A stretch of DNA of 64,000 bases from NCBI GenBank assembly GCA_963798915.1, contig CAWCVB010000010.1, forward strand, positions 64,001 to 128,000, in the 5' to 3' direction. Under the pieces are notes generated by a model. That model was not told where the DNA came from. It saw only the letters and a list, made by a program, of their open reading frames with translations, and searched no databases. How positions within the stretch are numbered: position 1 is the stretch's first letter; every line of letters begins with the position of its first letter. This document shows, one piece after another, positions 62,567 through 64,000 of the stretch. Source of the stretch: an uncultured Gemmatimonadales bacterium. GTDB taxonomy: Bacteria > Gemmatimonadota > Gemmatimonadetes > Gemmatimonadales > GWC2-71-9. The position numbers and the translations under genes are program-made.

Positions 62567-62779
62567 TCAGGCCAACGCGGCGTCGAGCTGGAGCCGCAGG
62601 TCCTTGAGACTTTCCGCGGCCAGGCCCTTGGGTTTGGGCTTCGCGGTGGTGTTGGTGCACGCGCCGCACTTGGTGGGCAGCTCGCAGTTATCCGCGCCGG
62701 CTCCGTTCGCCCAGGCCAGTTCGCCATTTTCCATTGCCTGCACTGGCATCATTATGTCCCTGCTCTCGAACCTGCTCAT
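62567..62779 (-). CDS. Putative RiPP (lanthipeptide) precursor peptide, 70 aa
   Basis: GGAGG RBS; CELPTKCGACTNTT Cys/Thr cluster; first gene of the lyase/LanC operon. Confidence 0.8.
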   Translation of the reverse strand: MSRFESRDIMMPVQAMENGELAWANGAGADNCELPTKCGACTNTTAKPKPKGLAAESLKDLRLQLDAALA

Positions 62780-62963
62780 GGTCAGCCTCCGATCGCGTAA
62801 TACTGCCCGGGCCCGCCGAGATGGCTGGTCCGTTCAAGGTCCGTTCTATTGAGAAAGGTGTGCCCCTTGGATATACCGGGCGACTTGAACGCCGTCAATG
62901 CCACCCTTGCCCGCCGGCCAATCCGGCGGTAAGTCACCTGCCGCCAAGCCAAGGGAGCCTGAC

Positions 62964-64000
62964 GTGGCCGACACCGCCTTCGAGGTCCATAGCATCGCCT
63001 TTGCCTATCCCGGCAATCGCGAGGCAATCCCGCTGCGCGCTCCGGCAACCAATCACCTGGTCAGCGAACACCCCGAATGGATCCGGAACGAGCGCTCGGC
63101 TCCCGTGGCATATGTGCGGGGCGCCCGGCCTCACGTTCAGGTGGTTTTCCGGCGCCAGGCGGGGCCAAGGAGGATCACCTGCGTGGTCGGTGCCACGGCG
63201 CGAGGCGCCACCGCAGGGGTGCAGGCCCGCCGTGTCCGGCTGGAGTTTGACCGAAGCGGCCTGTCACGGCCGGTGCGATTCCAGCTCTCGCGCACTTTGC
63301 CGAAGGTGGTCGGGATCCGACGGATCCGCTGGGCCTGGTTCCGGCTGGTAGAGGGGAAGCGCCTTCCCGCCGGCGGCTCAGCACATGAGATCTGCCTTGC
63401 GTGGAGGCGGCCACGACCGCCAGCCGACTGGGCCGGCCCCGATTCGTTTCCCCGCAGCCAACCGTGGGTCTATGTGCCACTCATGCAGTGGACCTGCGCC
63501 TGGGCCGCGGGACGGAATGATCCCAAGGCCATCTGCGACACCATCCTGCGCAAGCTCCCGGCTTCCGGCCTGCGCTACGCTCGGCCAGCATGGGACGTTC
63601 GGACCATGCTCACGGCGGGGGGCGGGTACTGTGGTGGCTGGTATCGCATGTTCCAGGCAATGGCCGGAGCCCAGGGTGTGGAGGTCAAGCGCCGTGCCTT
63701 CATGGTCCACTGGCAGAATGAGAGCCGGCAGCGGGCCCGATGGTGCGCCATCGTCGTGCAGCACGCAGGGATCAACCGCGACGCGGTGGTGGAGGCGCCA
63801 AGCACCTTCCATGACGTCCGCCAGCGGCCGGTGCGCGGCGCACCGGTGCGCGTCACCACGCGGGCGCGGTACCGCTTCTGGGGTGCGCCAGGCAAGGTGA
63901 ACGACGGCCACTGCCTCAATTTCCTTCGGTACAAGGGCGCCTGGCACCTGTATGATGCCTGTTTCCTCTCGGAGTCGGTCCGCCTGCCCGGCTTCTCCTT
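62964..64000 (+). CDS. Hypothetical protein with transglutaminase/papain-like Cys-His-Asp pattern (partial)
   Basis: AAGGGAG RBS, GTG 62964, open to window end; GGYCGGW...DGHCLNF...LYDAC; not in ORF track. Confidence 0.6.
   Translation, partial: MADTAFEVHSIAFAYPGNREAIPLRAPATNHLVSEHPEWIRNERSAPVAYVRGARPHVQVVFRRQAGPRRITCVVGATARGATAGVQARRVRLEFDRSGLSRPVRFQLSRTLPKVVGIRRIRWAWFRLVEGKRLPAGGSAHEICLAWRRPRPPADWAGPDSFPRSQPWVYVPLMQWTCAWAAGRNDPKAICDTILRKLPASGLRYARPAWDVRTMLTAGGGYCGGWYRMFQAMAGAQGVEVKRRAFMVHWQNESRQRARWCAIVVQHAGINRDAVVEAPSTFHDVRQRPVRGAPVRVTTRARYRFWGAPGKVNDGHCLNFLRYKGAWHLYDACFLSESVRLPGFS

Noticed and set aside
59005..62779. Standard class IV or class V lanthipeptide assignment
   Set aside because: No fused N-terminal lyase as in class IV; no APH-type stand-alone kinase, LanD flavoprotein or methyltransferase as in class V
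62734..63351. 205-aa + strand ORF upstream of the precursor
   Set aside because: Low-complexity alternative frame; the frame from GTG 62964 has an RBS and protein-like sequence

Overview
High-GC bacterial chromosome window. Gene content (PorV/GWxTD module, STK-TPR kinase, conserved small hypotheticals) suggests Gemmatimonadota, by inference. From left to right: (1) a minus-strand operon of TonB-dependent receptor, ~1300-aa secreted protein with a T9SS-like C-terminal sorting domain, PorV/PorQ-like barrel, GWxTD protein and repeat lipoprotein. It carries many frameshifts, probably sequencing errors. (2) An ECF sigma/zinc anti-sigma-led operon ending in FAD oxidoreductase, flavin reductase, methyltransferase, SRPBCC cyclase and FabF-like KS. 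(3) Housekeeping genes: ccmABCD, acs, kup, VKOR/DsbA, msrB, M16 peptidase, an EmrAB-TolC-type efflux operon, pruA, modABC, cutA, mgtE, trxC, acyl-ACP desaturase, yggT/yggU. (4) At the right end, a putative non-canonical lanthipeptide (RiPP) locus: a 70-aa Cys/Thr precursor with a C-terminal follower-like helix, a stand-alone HopA1-like lyase, an RRE-kinase-LanC fusion lacking a lyase domain, a coupled Ser/Thr kinase and a divergent transglutaminase-like gene. Intergenic DNA is full of short-period (7-9 bp) tandem arrays, often in inverted pairs. The most striking pair brackets a four-helix-bundle gene. No rRNA, tRNA or CRISPR array was recognised. All family calls come from motif recognition by eye, not database searches.
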